Positions 1-8,693 of a DNA stretch of 64,000 nucleotides are shown piece by piece; positions within the stretch are counted from its first letter, which is position 1; every line of letters starts with the position of its first letter. Below the pieces are notes generated by a model that searched no databases, was not told the origin of the DNA, and saw nothing but the letters and a program-made list of their open reading frames with translations. The position numbers were made by a program, and so were the translations under genes. This DNA is from Clostridiales bacterium GWD2_32_19. Its GTDB lineage: Bacteria; Bacillota; Clostridia; Lachnospirales; UBA12420. The DNA is taken from positions 1,397 to 65,396 of the forward strand of contig MGOU01000047.1 of NCBI GenBank assembly GCA_001795385.1, written 5' to 3'.

Positions 1-1546
1 TTTCTTCTGGTTTCCCTTTTATCTCTTCCTGTATTTTTTGCAATTCCTTCGAATATATATTTTGTTTTGATTTGACTATATATCCAAGTCCTATAATAAA
101 CTCCAAGAATGTGTTTATTCTTTCTTCGTCAGGTTCTTGGTGTGAACGGTAAACAAACGGCATTTCTTGCCAAAAAGCATCTTCTGCTATCGTTTCATTA
201 CAGACTAACATACACTCTTCTATTATTTTAGTTGCTATATTTCGTTCATATTTAACGATTTCTGTTACTTTACCATTCTCGTCAAGTTTTATTTTAGCTT
301 CTTCTGTATCAAAATCTAGCGCACCTCTCGTGTGTCTTTTTTCAGTAAGTATTCCAGCTAGTTCTCTCATCATTTTGAACATATCTACAAAATCAGCATA
401 CTCTTTCATAACTTCTTCTTGCAAATCTAGTATTTTATACACATTTGTATATGTCATTCGCCTGTCTACTTTAATAACAGTTTCTGCTGTCTCATGTTTT
501 ACTACTTTACCTAAGTTATCGATTTCCATTATACAGCTAAGTGCAAGCCTGTCCACTCCTGCATTAAGTGAGCATATGCCATTAGAAAGCTTGTGTGGCA
601 ACATCGGTATAACTCTATCCACAAGATATATACTTGTAGCTCTTTTTAACGCTTCTTTGTCAAGCGGTGTACCTTCTTTGACATAGTTGGTGACATCTGC
701 TATATGAACCCCTAATTGATAGTGTCCGTTTGCGAGTTTTTCTATACTAACTGCGTCGTCTAAGTCTTTCGCATCCTCGCCATCAATAGTAACCATCTTC
801 ACATCTCTCAGGTCAATTCTGCCTTTTATTTCTTCCTGTGTTACTTCTGCTTGTATATTCTCTATTTGTTTATATACACTCTCTGGAAATTCAACTGACA
901 CATCATAATCTTTGATTATTGACATTATATCGACACCTGGATCATCCTTGTGCCCTATTATTTCGAGTATCTCTCCATCTGGGCTTTTTCTCCCATCTAG
1001 CCATTCAGTTATCTTAACCACAACCTTATGTCCGCTAACCGCACCGTTTGTCTTACTTCTAGCGATATATATATCTGTGCCCATCTTCTTATCGTCAGGT
1101 ACAACAAAACCAAAGTTTTGATTTTGAAAATATGTTCCTACTATCTTTTCTTTTCCTCTTTCTATTATCCTTACAATCTCTCCTTCTGACGACTTGCTGT
1201 CCGAACGTTCTCGAGTAACCTGACATAAAACTAAATCTTTATTTAGTGCTCCATTTGTACATTTCGCAGATATAAAAACATCTGCTTCTTCTCTTAAAAC
1301 AAATCCAAATCCCTTTTCATGTCCTTGAAATTTACCAAGTACTAGCCCAGCACACGCTATGGTCATATATTTACCATTATGTGCTCTCACTATTTTCCCC
1401 TCTTTTTCAAGAAGACTCAATACTTCCTCAAGTATAATAATATCATGATTGTTTATTTCCAATACTTTTGCTAAATCGCGAATATTCATTGGCTTGTACT
1501 CTTCTGAATTTATAAAATTGTAAATACTCTCTTTTGTGTTTTTCAT
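1..1546 (-). CDS. rnr: ribonuclease R, N-terminal ~515 aa (C-terminus lies beyond the left window edge)
   Basis: Absent from the ORF track because it runs off the edge. The minus frame is open from ATG 1546-1544 (GGGGGAAG RBS upstream) to position 1. My translation reads MKNTKESIYNFINSEEYKPMNIRDLAKVL...VTIDGEDAKDLDDAVSIEKLANGHYQLGVHIADVTNYV...LVDRVIPMLPHKLSNGICSLN, i.e. HTH, cold-shock-like and RNB catalytic core. Confidence 0.9.
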   Translation of the reverse strand, partial: MKNTKESIYNFINSEEYKPMNIRDLAKVLEINNHDIIILEEVLSLLEKEGKIVRAHNGKYMTIACAGLVLGKFQGHEKGFGFVLREEADVFISAKCTNGALNKDLVLCQVTRERSDSKSSEGEIVRIIERGKEKIVGTYFQNQNFGFVVPDDKKMGTDIYIARSKTNGAVSGHKVVVKITEWLDGRKSPDGEILEIIGHKDDPGVDIMSIIKDYDVSVEFPESVYKQIENIQAEVTQEEIKGRIDLRDVKMVTIDGEDAKDLDDAVSIEKLANGHYQLGVHIADVTNYVKEGTPLDKEALKRATSIYLVDRVIPMLPHKLSNGICSLNAGVDRLALSCIMEIDNLGKVVKHETAETVIKVDRRMTYTNVYKILDLQEEVMKEYADFVDMFKMMRELAGILTEKRHTRGALDFDTEEAKIKLDENGKVTEIVKYERNIATKIIEECMLVCNETIAEDAFWQEMPFVYRSHQEPDEERINTFLEFIIGLGYIVKSKQNIYSKELQKIQEEIKGKPEE

Positions 1547-1560
1547 TCTGCTTCCCCCAA

Positions 1561-2118
1561 TCAACTAACAAACTGTTCCTCATCTATATTTTGTGTATAT
1601 TCATTCCAATTTATTTTATAATCTTCATATTTTTCTTTAAATTCCTTTTTTTCTGTTAGCTCTATGTTTAAATTTTCAAAAACTTTCTGCAATTTAGTTT
1701 TTGCACTCTCTATATCTTCTTCCTTCTCTACTTGCTTTTCCATCTCTAAAATATACCCATATCCATGTGTGTAATCTATTGTAATATATATATTATTATC
1801 CGTAAATGAGTTTCTCACTCTATACCATTTTATTTCTTCCTCATAACCCAGTTTATGTAGCATGGTAACTAAGCTCTCTTTATAACTCTTTTCTAACTTT
1901 ACGACTACCTCTTCTCTCGCATCATCATGTATTTCTCCATCCTTAAGCCATAGCTGACAGTAGTCAGGTGTAACCATCAAACGAAAGTCTTTATCGCCTT
2001 TAAAATATGTAGTAATCTGTTTTTCTTTTTTTATCTCAATATTCTTTCCACTATAAAATTTCAAAAGTTCTTCATATTTATCCTTATTAATAAAAGTCCT
2101 TAGCTCGACTTCAATCAT
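1561..2118 (-). CDS. CYTH-domain protein (CyaB/triphosphatase-like)
   Basis: Start moved to the internal ATG preceded by AAGGAGG (MIEVELRTF...). The N-terminal ExExR/K-type motif and size fit the CYTH fold. The track N-terminus (MIFVSMFLL...) has no RBS. Confidence 0.65.
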   Translation of the reverse strand: MIEVELRTFINKDKYEELLKFYSGKNIEIKKEKQITTYFKGDKDFRLMVTPDYCQLWLKDGEIHDDAREEVVVKLEKSYKESLVTMLHKLGYEEEIKWYRVRNSFTDNNIYITIDYTHGYGYILEMEKQVEKEEDIESAKTKLQKVFENLNIELTEKKEFKEKYEDYKINWNEYTQNIDEEQFVS

Positions 2119-2299
2119 CAACTTTACCTCCTTTATTTTAATAGTTAGTATAAAAAGCAAAAACATACTTACAAATATCATTTTTTTTACTCATAATTAA
2201 TTACTATATTATAGTCTTTATTTTACCTTATATTTCATAATAATACAATAGAAATTTAAAAAACAAAAAAATAGAAGAGCTAAATCTAACTCCTCCAAT

Positions 2300-3268
2300 C
2301 TACATTTTCTTAAATATCTTATCAAACTTAGCCAACAACATAAAGTCTCCCTTTACTTTTATTTTGCCCGTCATGAATGCTTTTTGTGCTGATATGCTAC
2401 CTATTATTATTAGTTTCCACATACCACTATCCACATTTACTATCACATCTGCTTTCTCTGATTCTCCTTCGTTATATGCACAGTCTTTATTTTTTATAAC
2501 TAGGTTGCAACTAAATTCTTCATCTCCCGAGATGTTTAACTGATATATATTATCCATATCCGTTGCTAGCTGTGGTTGAAAGTAATGAACTAGGTTTTTG
2601 GTCATTTGTTTTACTGTTATCTCGTTTTCAAATATTGCCTTATCATTTTGTACTAAACTTCTTATATCTGTACCTATTTTTTGAGATAATTGTTTGCTAA
2701 ATAGTTCAGTGAGTTCCATGATATCATCCTCTTTTTTTACTTTCACTTGCTTTTCGGGTGATACATGTTTCACTTTTTTAACTTCGCTAGTTTTAGGTTC
2801 TTCTATCACCGCTTTGACTTCTCTGCTATTACCTTTTATGTGTTCATAAAAGGTTTTAATCTGATCTTCCATATAGCTCTTTTTCATATTTTGTGCCGAA
2901 TTTATGATTTTTCCAGTTTCTATACATTCAAGCTGGATAAGGTTATTTAATATTAATTTATATCCGTCTAATGTACTATATTTCCCCGATATTATTATTG
3001 GAAGTACTGGAATCCCTTTTAAACTGTTTTTATTTGTATCCTCAAATAGCTCAAAAAACGCCTGTAGCTTTGCAGGTATATTATTCATCCTCATATCCGT
3101 CGAGATAATAATACCCTCTACACCTTTTATTGTTTGTAGTATATCGGTATTTTCATTCAAATCTACCTTTATTACTTTCACACCTAAATCTTCTAATGCA
3201 ATCTGACATAGACCAACTATTTTATTTAAATTATCAACATTTGAAACATTTATAATTATTACATTCAT
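2300..3268 (-). CDS. flavodoxin-like N-terminal domain fused to a C-terminal SCP2 sterol-carrier-like domain; function unknown
   Basis: The C-terminus ...SAQKAFMTGKIKVKGDFMLLAKFDKIF is SCP2-like. The N-terminal alpha/beta pattern is MNVIIINVS...GIIISTD. Confidence 0.5.
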   Translation of the reverse strand: MNVIIINVSNVDNLNKIVGLCQIALEDLGVKVIKVDLNENTDILQTIKGVEGIIISTDMRMNNIPAKLQAFFELFEDTNKNSLKGIPVLPIIISGKYSTLDGYKLILNNLIQLECIETGKIINSAQNMKKSYMEDQIKTFYEHIKGNSREVKAVIEEPKTSEVKKVKHVSPEKQVKVKKEDDIMELTELFSKQLSQKIGTDIRSLVQNDKAIFENEITVKQMTKNLVHYFQPQLATDMDNIYQLNISGDEEFSCNLVIKNKDCAYNEGESEKADVIVNVDSGMWKLIIIGSISAQKAFMTGKIKVKGDFMLLAKFDKIFKKM

Positions 3269-3285
3269 ATATACACACTTCCCTA

Positions 3286-4161
3286 TTATTTAACGCAGCT
3301 TCGCTGACTTATCTCTTCTGCTAGATTTTTATAATCATCCATGCTGAGCTTTTCCCCTCTTATATTAGGAGTAAAACCTAGTTTGTCAAATACTTTCAGT
3401 ATTTCTTCCTTATTTTTAAAATATGATGTTTGATTATTTATGCCGTTCACTAAGGTCTTTCTCCTTTGTCCAAAGGCCACTTTAATTAGATTAAAAAACA
3501 GCTCTTCATCGGTCACCTTTACCCTTTTTTCCTTAAGTATTTTTAGCCTTACAACAGCTGAGTCAACATTTGGACTTGGCATAAATGCATTCCTCGATAC
3601 CTCGCATACTATGCTAGGCTCTGAATGATACTGTACCGCAAGTGATATAGCTCCACAATCCTTGTCTAGGTGCGTTGATACAAGTCTTTCTGCCACTTCT
3701 TTTTGTATCATTATCGTTATACTTTCTAGTGGTGCATTACTTTCAAGTAATTTCATTATTATTGGCGTCGTTATATAGTATGGCAGGTTCGCAACTACTT
3801 TTACTTTTCTGTCCTTATATCCACTAATAAGCTCTACTATATCCATCTTTAATATATCATTATATATAATCTCTATATTATTATAGTCTTTTAGTGTATC
3901 ATTTTCAAGTATTTTTACCAAATCTTTATCTATTTCTATCGCGATTACATGTCCCGCCTTATCTGCTAAAAGCTGAGTAAGCGTACCGATACCAGGTCCT
4001 ATCTCAAGCACTACATCTTCTTTATTTATATCAGCACTATAAATGATTTCATCTAATATGCTTTCATCCATCAAGAAATTTTGACCATACTTTTTCTTAA
4101 AGACAAAATCATACTTATCAACTATTCTTTTTGTATTTTCATATTTATATAATTCTCCCAT
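3286..4161 (-). CDS. rsmA: 16S rRNA (adenine1518/1519-N6)-dimethyltransferase
   Basis: KKKYGQNFLMDESILDEII and the SAM motif VLEIGPGIGTLT are present. An AGGAG RBS precedes the start. Confidence 0.93.
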   Translation of the reverse strand: MGELYKYENTKRIVDKYDFVFKKKYGQNFLMDESILDEIIYSADINKEDVVLEIGPGIGTLTQLLADKAGHVIAIEIDKDLVKILENDTLKDYNNIEIIYNDILKMDIVELISGYKDRKVKVVANLPYYITTPIIMKLLESNAPLESITIMIQKEVAERLVSTHLDKDCGAISLAVQYHSEPSIVCEVSRNAFMPSPNVDSAVVRLKILKEKRVKVTDEELFFNLIKVAFGQRRKTLVNGINNQTSYFKNKEEILKVFDKLGFTPNIRGEKLSMDDYKNLAEEISQRSCVK

Positions 4162-4239
4162 TATATTCAGCTCCTGTTATTTCACAAATCTCTATTATTG
4201 TTAAGTTCTGCTAACTGATATATAATATACACAATTCTA

Positions 4240-4268
4240 TCAAAAAAAGCAAGTAAAACTTCTCTTGC
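4240..4268 (-). terminator. intrinsic terminator after the 4329-5240 gene
   Basis: Minus-sense AGCAAG-N10-CTTGCT followed by a T7 run. Confidence 0.55.
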
Positions 4269-4328
4269 TCATCGTTTATTTAATAATATAGTGTAATACT
4301 TCAGGACTTTTTATTTTTACTAAACTTA

Positions 4329-5240
4329 TCAAACCAGCGCCACAAGTTCTGGGTATTCTAATACAAACTCTCCATTATCATCTTTTTTTGCTATTGCTAT
4401 ACTGTTTTCCGGTGATTTCGTATCTATAAGATCATCATATGTATATACTGTATAGCTAAGTGATATCTTTGTTTTATCTATTTCTGCGCATACTTCTTTT
4501 GTATGACCTTCATCTTCACATATAAACATTAGTATTGGCTCTTGTTTAAGTTTATCCATTGGTTTAAAGTTTGTATATAATTTTTCTATGTATGGTGCTA
4601 TCTTGAGCAATTCATCCTTCCAACCCCGATTTCTTCTCAAAGCATAAATTATAAAATGTACTTGCTGCTCATCGTTACCAAAATTAACTAGTACATCCGG
4701 CCTAATATATTCTGTCTCTAAAGAATTTCTAAAGTACAATCTAGGTTTTACCTCATAAGAATAGAAAGTGCTTGAATGTTCAAAATATTTCATCAAAAGT
4801 TGATTTGTTATAATATGTTTTAGATGTACTTCTGGATGTGTTTTTATAGAAAGGTTATCCTTTTGGTCCCACTCTAATTTTTGCAAATCTTCACCTTCAA
4901 TAAGGTTCTTACCATTTACATCTAACATATATATGTTATCCGTTTCTCTTTTAAAACCATTTGTATTGTACTCTAATTTGTATCTAGTAATAAGTCTAAG
5001 ATCTACAGCTTTTCTTATTTTTTCTTCGATTTTATTCTTTGTTACTTTAAACTGCTTACCTATAATTGTAATTATTTGTTCAGCTGTCGAACTTCTAAGC
5101 TTATAAACAAGTTTTACTATTTCCTTATCTGGTACATCTCTTAGAGTATTTAAATTTCTTCCGCTCACTACTCTATCAAATTCTACTTTTGCATTAACCC
5201 CATTAAACTTTGCTATTACCCCTTCTTGGTATTTATACAT
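4329..5240 (-). CDS. hypothetical protein; putative N-terminal winged-helix with a C-terminal replication-relaxation/PD-(D/E)xK-like region (weak)
   Basis: Start moved to MYKYQEG, which is preceded by AGGAGG. Segments noted are ...STAEQIITIIGKQFKVTKNKIEEKIRKAVDLRLITRY (wHTH-like) and later YIRPDVLVNF...FICEDEGH. No confident family assignment. Confidence 0.6.
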   Translation of the reverse strand: MYKYQEGVIAKFNGVNAKVEFDRVVSGRNLNTLRDVPDKEIVKLVYKLRSSTAEQIITIIGKQFKVTKNKIEEKIRKAVDLRLITRYKLEYNTNGFKRETDNIYMLDVNGKNLIEGEDLQKLEWDQKDNLSIKTHPEVHLKHIITNQLLMKYFEHSSTFYSYEVKPRLYFRNSLETEYIRPDVLVNFGNDEQQVHFIIYALRRNRGWKDELLKIAPYIEKLYTNFKPMDKLKQEPILMFICEDEGHTKEVCAEIDKTKISLSYTVYTYDDLIDTKSPENSIAIAKKDDNGEFVLEYPELVALV

Positions 5241-5347
5241 ATCGGTTCCTCCTTCGTTTATTATATATCGTAAAAGGTAATCCCCTATCACTATGGCGAC
5301 ACCTCTTCACAACAAAAAGCCCGTTAGGGCAGAGAGATAATATCTCT

Positions 5348-7798
5348 TTATACTATCTCTACCTTTTCTAGTTGCCATATTTCTTTTGCATATTCTTCTA
5401 TTGTTCTATCGCTAGAGAATTTCCCACTTCTTGCTACATTCAGTATTGCCATTCTTGCCCAATGCTCTTTATTCTTGTATACTTCGGCTATCTTTCCTTG
5501 TGCCTCAACATATGATTCAAAATCCTTTAGAACAAAATATTCATCTGCATGTGAACAATTTCCATTTAATAGTGCTTCATATATATCTTTATATAAATCT
5601 ACATTTTTATTTATAGAACCATCAACAAGCCTTGTCAAAACCATTCTAAGTTCCTGGTTTGTATTGTATAAGAACCATGGATCGTAGGTATTAGAGTTTC
5701 TTAAATCTACTACCTCGTCTGCAGCTAGTCCAAATATAAATATGTTTTCATCTCCTACTTCTTCTTTTATTTCTATATTTGCTCCATCAAGCGTACCTAT
5801 AGTTACCGCACCATTAAGCATGAATTTCATATTTCCAGTCCCAGAAGCCTCTTTACCTGCTGTAGAGATTTGTTCGCTAACATCAGACGCTGGAAATATC
5901 TTTTCAGCAAGTGAAACGCTATAATTTTCTAGAAAAACCACCTTTATTTTGCCTTTTATTGTTTCATCGTTATTAATCATAATCGCTATGTCGTTAATTA
6001 GTTTTATAATAAGCTTTGCCCTGTGATATCCCGGCGCTGCTTTAGCAGCAAATATAAATGTTCTTGGAGTTATATCTATATTAGGGTGCATTCTTACCTT
6101 ATTGTACAAGTATAATATATGCAATACATTAAGTAATTGTCTCTTGTATTCGTGAAGCCTTTTAACTTGAACATCAAATATTGAGCTTGGGTTGACTTCA
6201 ATATTTAAATTTTTCTTTATATAATCTGCCAGTTTTACCTTGTTATCAAATTTAATATCCATAAATTTCTCTCTAAATTTTTTATCATCAATAAAATTTT
6301 CTAATTGTTTTAAAATAGATAAATCCTTTATCCATCCGTCACCAATTTTGGCTTTTATAAGTTCTGACAACTCTGGATTACTTTTAAGTAGCCATCTTCT
6401 TTGAGTTATTCCATTTGTCTTATTGTTAAATTTTTCTGGATATATCTCATAGAAATCTTTTAATTCTTGTTTTTTAAGTATCTCTGAGTGAAGTTCTGCA
6501 ACCCCATTTACTGAGAAGCTACCTACTATTGCAAGATGTGCCATTTTAACTTGTCCATCTGATATTATGGCCATTTTCCTAATTTCTTGTTGTGACTTTT
6601 TATGTTCTTCCACTAATTCTACGCAAAATCTTCTGTTTATTTCTTCTATAATCTGATATATTCGTGGGAGTAATCTACTAAACAAATCAACTGGCCATTT
6701 TTCAAGTGCTTCCGAAAGTATCGTATGATTTGTATATGCACATACACTCTTGGTTATATTCCAAGCGTCATTCCATTCTAGTCCTTCTAAATCCATCAAA
6801 ATCCTCATTAGCTCTAGTATAGCTACTGCTGGATGGGTATCGTTCAACTGAAATACTACCTTTTCTTTTAGATGCATTAAATCATGATTGCTTTCCTTAT
6901 ATTTTCTAATTGCTTCTTGTAATGTAGCAGAAACAAAGAAATATTGTTGTTTTACTCTTAGTTCTTTCCCTTTATTATGATTATCATTTGGATATAAAAC
7001 CTCTACTATCATTTCTGCCATATCTCTTTCTGATACAGCTTCTTGATATAACCCCTCTTCAAACGACCTTAGATTCAGTTCATGTACAGGCTCTGCGTCC
7101 CATAAACGTAATGTGTTTATTATATAACTATCATAACCTATTATAGGAATATCATAAGGTATAGCTTTGACTATATCATAATTTTCGTGAATGTATCTAC
7201 ATTTACCTACTTCATCTTGAACAACTCTTACATTTCCTCCATATCTTACTTCTACCTCATACTCCGGCCTCTTAACTTCCCATGGATTACCCTTTTCTAA
7301 CCACATATCTGGATACTCGACTTGATATCCGTCTTCGATTTTCTGTTCAAATATACCATATTTGTAACGTATCCCACAACCATATGCAGGATACTCAAGA
7401 GTTGCTAACGAATCCATGAAGCACGCAGCAAGCCTTCCTAGTCCACCATTACCAAGTCCTGCATCTCTCTCTTGTTCTTCAATAACATTATAATCAACTT
7501 TTAGTTCATCTAAGATTTCTTTTATTTCATCCATAAGTGTTAGATTAATGAGATTATTCCCGAGCGCCCTCCCGAGTAAAAACTCCATAGACATATAATA
7601 TAGGTGTTTTACATTCCTCGTTTGATATTCCTGATGTGTTTTTATCCAACGATCCATAATTTCTTCTCTTACTGTATACGCAATTGCATTATAAATTTCA
7701 TCTATGTGTGCATGTTCTATTGTTTTTCTTGTTAAATGCTTAATATTTTCAAGAATTTCGTTTTTCAACATTTCTTTATCAAAAATCTTCTCTGCCAT
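5348..7798 (-). CDS. glgP: glycogen/maltodextrin phosphorylase
   Basis: 816 aa with LGNGGLGRLAACFMDS and the PLP-lysine region EASGTGNMKFMLNGA. Confidence 0.93.
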   Translation of the reverse strand: MAEKIFDKEMLKNEILENIKHLTRKTIEHAHIDEIYNAIAYTVREEIMDRWIKTHQEYQTRNVKHLYYMSMEFLLGRALGNNLINLTLMDEIKEILDELKVDYNVIEEQERDAGLGNGGLGRLAACFMDSLATLEYPAYGCGIRYKYGIFEQKIEDGYQVEYPDMWLEKGNPWEVKRPEYEVEVRYGGNVRVVQDEVGKCRYIHENYDIVKAIPYDIPIIGYDSYIINTLRLWDAEPVHELNLRSFEEGLYQEAVSERDMAEMIVEVLYPNDNHNKGKELRVKQQYFFVSATLQEAIRKYKESNHDLMHLKEKVVFQLNDTHPAVAILELMRILMDLEGLEWNDAWNITKSVCAYTNHTILSEALEKWPVDLFSRLLPRIYQIIEEINRRFCVELVEEHKKSQQEIRKMAIISDGQVKMAHLAIVGSFSVNGVAELHSEILKKQELKDFYEIYPEKFNNKTNGITQRRWLLKSNPELSELIKAKIGDGWIKDLSILKQLENFIDDKKFREKFMDIKFDNKVKLADYIKKNLNIEVNPSSIFDVQVKRLHEYKRQLLNVLHILYLYNKVRMHPNIDITPRTFIFAAKAAPGYHRAKLIIKLINDIAIMINNDETIKGKIKVVFLENYSVSLAEKIFPASDVSEQISTAGKEASGTGNMKFMLNGAVTIGTLDGANIEIKEEVGDENIFIFGLAADEVVDLRNSNTYDPWFLYNTNQELRMVLTRLVDGSINKNVDLYKDIYEALLNGNCSHADEYFVLKDFESYVEAQGKIAEVYKNKEHWARMAILNVARSGKFSSDRTIEEYAKEIWQLEKVEIV

Positions 7799-7833
7799 AT
7801 TTTTTTATCCCCCTGCAACGCAATTCTCTATTT

Positions 7834-7867
7834 GAAAAGTTACTTTACTTTTCATAAGTAACTTTTC
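7834..7867 (-). promoter_or_regulatory. perfect 12-bp inverted repeat in the glgP leader
   Basis: GAAAAGTTACTT-N10-AAGTAACTTTTC lies 36 nt upstream of the glgP ATG. There is no CG core, so it is not a canonical cre site. Confidence 0.3.
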
Positions 7868-8008
7868 TTTCATTACTACTACCATCTTTTTAAGTGCATA
7901 GTTTTCTATACTACTCATTATATCTAATACCTTAGAAAAATTCAAGCCTTTTTGTAAGTTTTTTTTGTTTGTTTGTTTGTTTTTCCATTTTTTTTTACTT
8001 TATGCATC

Positions 8009-8037
8009 TTGACATTTGTATTTATGCATGTTATAAT
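8009..8037 (+). promoter_or_regulatory. consensus sigma-A promoter for tRNA-Ser
   Basis: TTGACA (8009-8014), a 17-nt spacer, then TATAAT (8032-8037), 26 nt upstream of the tRNA. Confidence 0.65.
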
Positions 8038-8063
8038 GTTACTTATGTTGTATGAAAAACTTT

Positions 8064-8154
8064 GGAGAAGTACTCAAGTGGCTAAAGAGGAGCCTCTGCT
8101 AAGGGCTTAGATCGTCTTAAAAACGGTGCGAGGGTTCAAATCCCTCCTTCTCCG
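8064..8154 (+). tRNA. tRNA-Ser (anticodon GCU)
   Basis: Acceptor GGAGAAG/CTTCTCC, anticodon loop CTGCTAA, long variable arm, T-loop GAGGGTTCAAATCCCTC. No encoded CCA. Confidence 0.92.
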
Positions 8155-8170
8155 TTATAAAATAGCAAAT

Positions 8171-8217
8171 CAGATGTTAGAATTCAGAAAATCTCTGATT
8201 TCGCATCTGTTTTTTTT
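8171..8217 (+). terminator. intrinsic terminator after tRNA-Ser
   Basis: CAGATG...CATCTG with inner pairing AAATCAGA/TCTGATTT, followed by a T8 run. Confidence 0.55.
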
Positions 8218-8351
8218 GTATAAGGTGTGGGGACGGTTCCTTCTTTTTAGGAACTTCCCATAGAAAAAACTAATACACAATAAGATATTAACCTTATTAA
8301 TAAAAAATGTGCTATCGCACGTTTGTCGCCATCGAATCACTACCCTATACT

Positions 8352-8479
8352 GTCATTGCGACATCCTAAGACTTGGTTTGTGTATTGTGCAAACCTAGAC
8401 ATAGGGGTCCTCTAGGAGGGTGTACGAAGCAATCTCGTTTTAGAAGCAAAAGAGGGATTGCTTCGTTCCTCGCAATGAC
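8352..8479. repeat. nested-palindrome MITE-like repeat, copy A (carries a ~60-nt internal insertion)
   Basis: Outer IR GTCATTGCGA...CTCGCAATGAC and inner IR CGAAGCAATCTC...GGGATTGCTTCG. Track ORFs 8366-8644 and 8373-8570 are artefacts of this element. Confidence 0.7.
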
Positions 8480-8560
8480 AAAATCGGAGCACTTTCCTAG
8501 TAAACAAGTAAAGGTTAATAAAAGGAACGACCGTGGAAGACATAATAGCAATAATTTCAC

Positions 8561-8634
8561 GCACATATAGCTCAATCGGATAGAGTGCCAGACTTCGAAT
8601 CTGGATGTTGTAGGTTCGATTCCTACTATGTGCA
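8561..8634 (+). tRNA. tRNA-Arg (anticodon UCG)
   Basis: Acceptor GCACATA/TATGTGC, anticodon stem-loop CCAGA-CTTCGAA-TCTGG, T-arm GTAGGTTCGATTCCTAC. Confidence 0.92.
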
Positions 8635-8642
8635 AATAAAAC

Positions 8643-8688
8643 AAAAAAGAAAAACAGAGTTTTAAAACTAACCCCGTTTTTCTTTTTT
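8643..8688. terminator. bidirectional terminator (tRNA-Arg on plus, 8694-9935 gene on minus)
   Basis: AAAAAAGAAAAAC...GTTTTTCTTTTTT arms of 12-13 bp, with T-runs in both senses. Confidence 0.55.
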
Positions 8689-8693
8689 GTTTA

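Noticed and set aside
330..1121. Track ORFs 330-686 and 912-1121 on the plus strand
   Set aside because: They lie antisense inside the open RNase R frame. They are low-complexity and S/L/I-rich, have no RBS, and the opposite strand gives a full RNB-domain translation.
7964..7979. (TTTG)4 microsatellite
   Set aside because: It is short, intergenic and far from either promoter element, and is probably simple low-complexity sequence.
8366..8644. Track ORFs 8366-8644 (minus) and 8373-8570 (plus)
   Set aside because: They span the palindromic repeat copy A and tRNA-Arg itself. These are classic spurious translations of a GC-rich repeat.
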